Part shown: positions 63,878-64,000 of the stretch, in pieces
How the letters are laid out: each line of letters opens with the position of its first letter
Numbering within the stretch: the first letter of the stretch is position 1
Origin: an uncultured virus (IMG/VR IMGVR_UViG_3300024306_000016)
Taxonomy: Duplodnaviria > Heunggongvirae > Uroviricota > Caudoviricetes
Length of the DNA stretch: 64,000 bases
IMG/VR virus record: IMGVR_UViG_3300024306_000016
Direction: 5' to 3' (one strand)
Position numbers and translations under genes: made by a program
The notes under the pieces: generated by a model
The model's input: the letters and a program-made list of their open reading frames with translations, nothing else
What the model was told of the DNA's origin: nothing
Database searches by the model: none

Positions 63878-64000
63878 AGTATTTTTTCCAACTGCAATAC
63901 TTCACTCTGTCTGCTAACTTCTTTGACAAAATATGCACATGGAGGATTTTCTCCATCATGCAATGGTACTGTTAGCAGTTGTCCGTTTTTCATCTTTGGA
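63874..64000 (-). CDS. hypothetical protein (partial, 3' end only)
   Basis: ...PKMKNGQLLTVPLHDGENPPCAYFVKEVSRQSEVLQLEKIL*. Confidence 0.6.
   Translation of the reverse strand, partial: PKMKNGQLLTVPLHDGENPPCAYFVKEVSRQSEVLQLEKIL

Noticed and set aside
1..64000. Stop-codon recoding
   Set aside because: Known genes are full length in code 11; TAA, TAG and TGA all end genes; no suppressor tRNA
1..64000. Bacterial chromosome or prophage, given aceA, hemA, iscU, clpP
   Set aside because: These genes are interleaved with virion and T4-like replication genes under phage promoters; no integrase, att site or host operons

Overview
This is a 64 kb piece of a large, apparently lytic T4-superfamily-like phage genome. 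There is no integrase or host-chromosome context, and ORFs read cleanly in the standard genetic code. IscU, DesA and DUF3563-like genes suggest a proteobacterial host, most likely beta (inference). There are three zones. (1) 1-36 kb is mostly minus strand and carries late/virion genes under T4-like TAAATA promoters, class Ia RNR, and many metabolic genes (iscU, SOD, glutaredoxin, desaturase, aceA, hemA, clpP). (2) 36-51 kb is a plus-strand host-takeover region of small ORFs behind about 21 near-consensus sigma70 promoters, with one tRNA(CAT), two DnaA boxes and several repeated non-coding motifs. (3) 51-64 kb is mostly minus strand and holds replication genes (gp41-like helicase, primase, a carbamoyltransferase, a mini DnaE-like polymerase, a gp62-like protein). 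The strongest candidate for a new system is RNA-based. Two 3'-UTR hairpins (41.49 and 48.80 kb) share CCGATTCGCTCCCGG, whose loop is complementary to the extended ribosome-binding motif AGGAGCG(AA) found in 11 early-gene leaders; the two genes carrying the hairpins lack that motif. This suggests a phage antisense-RNA switch that shuts off early translation. Other leads are an unassigned multi-stem RNA at 21.2 kb, a leader pseudoknot at 0.9 kb, inverted GCGAAGC-hairpin elements bracketing the early region, and enzymes with T4-like capsid-targeting N-termini. All family calls come from motif recognition by eye; no searches were run.
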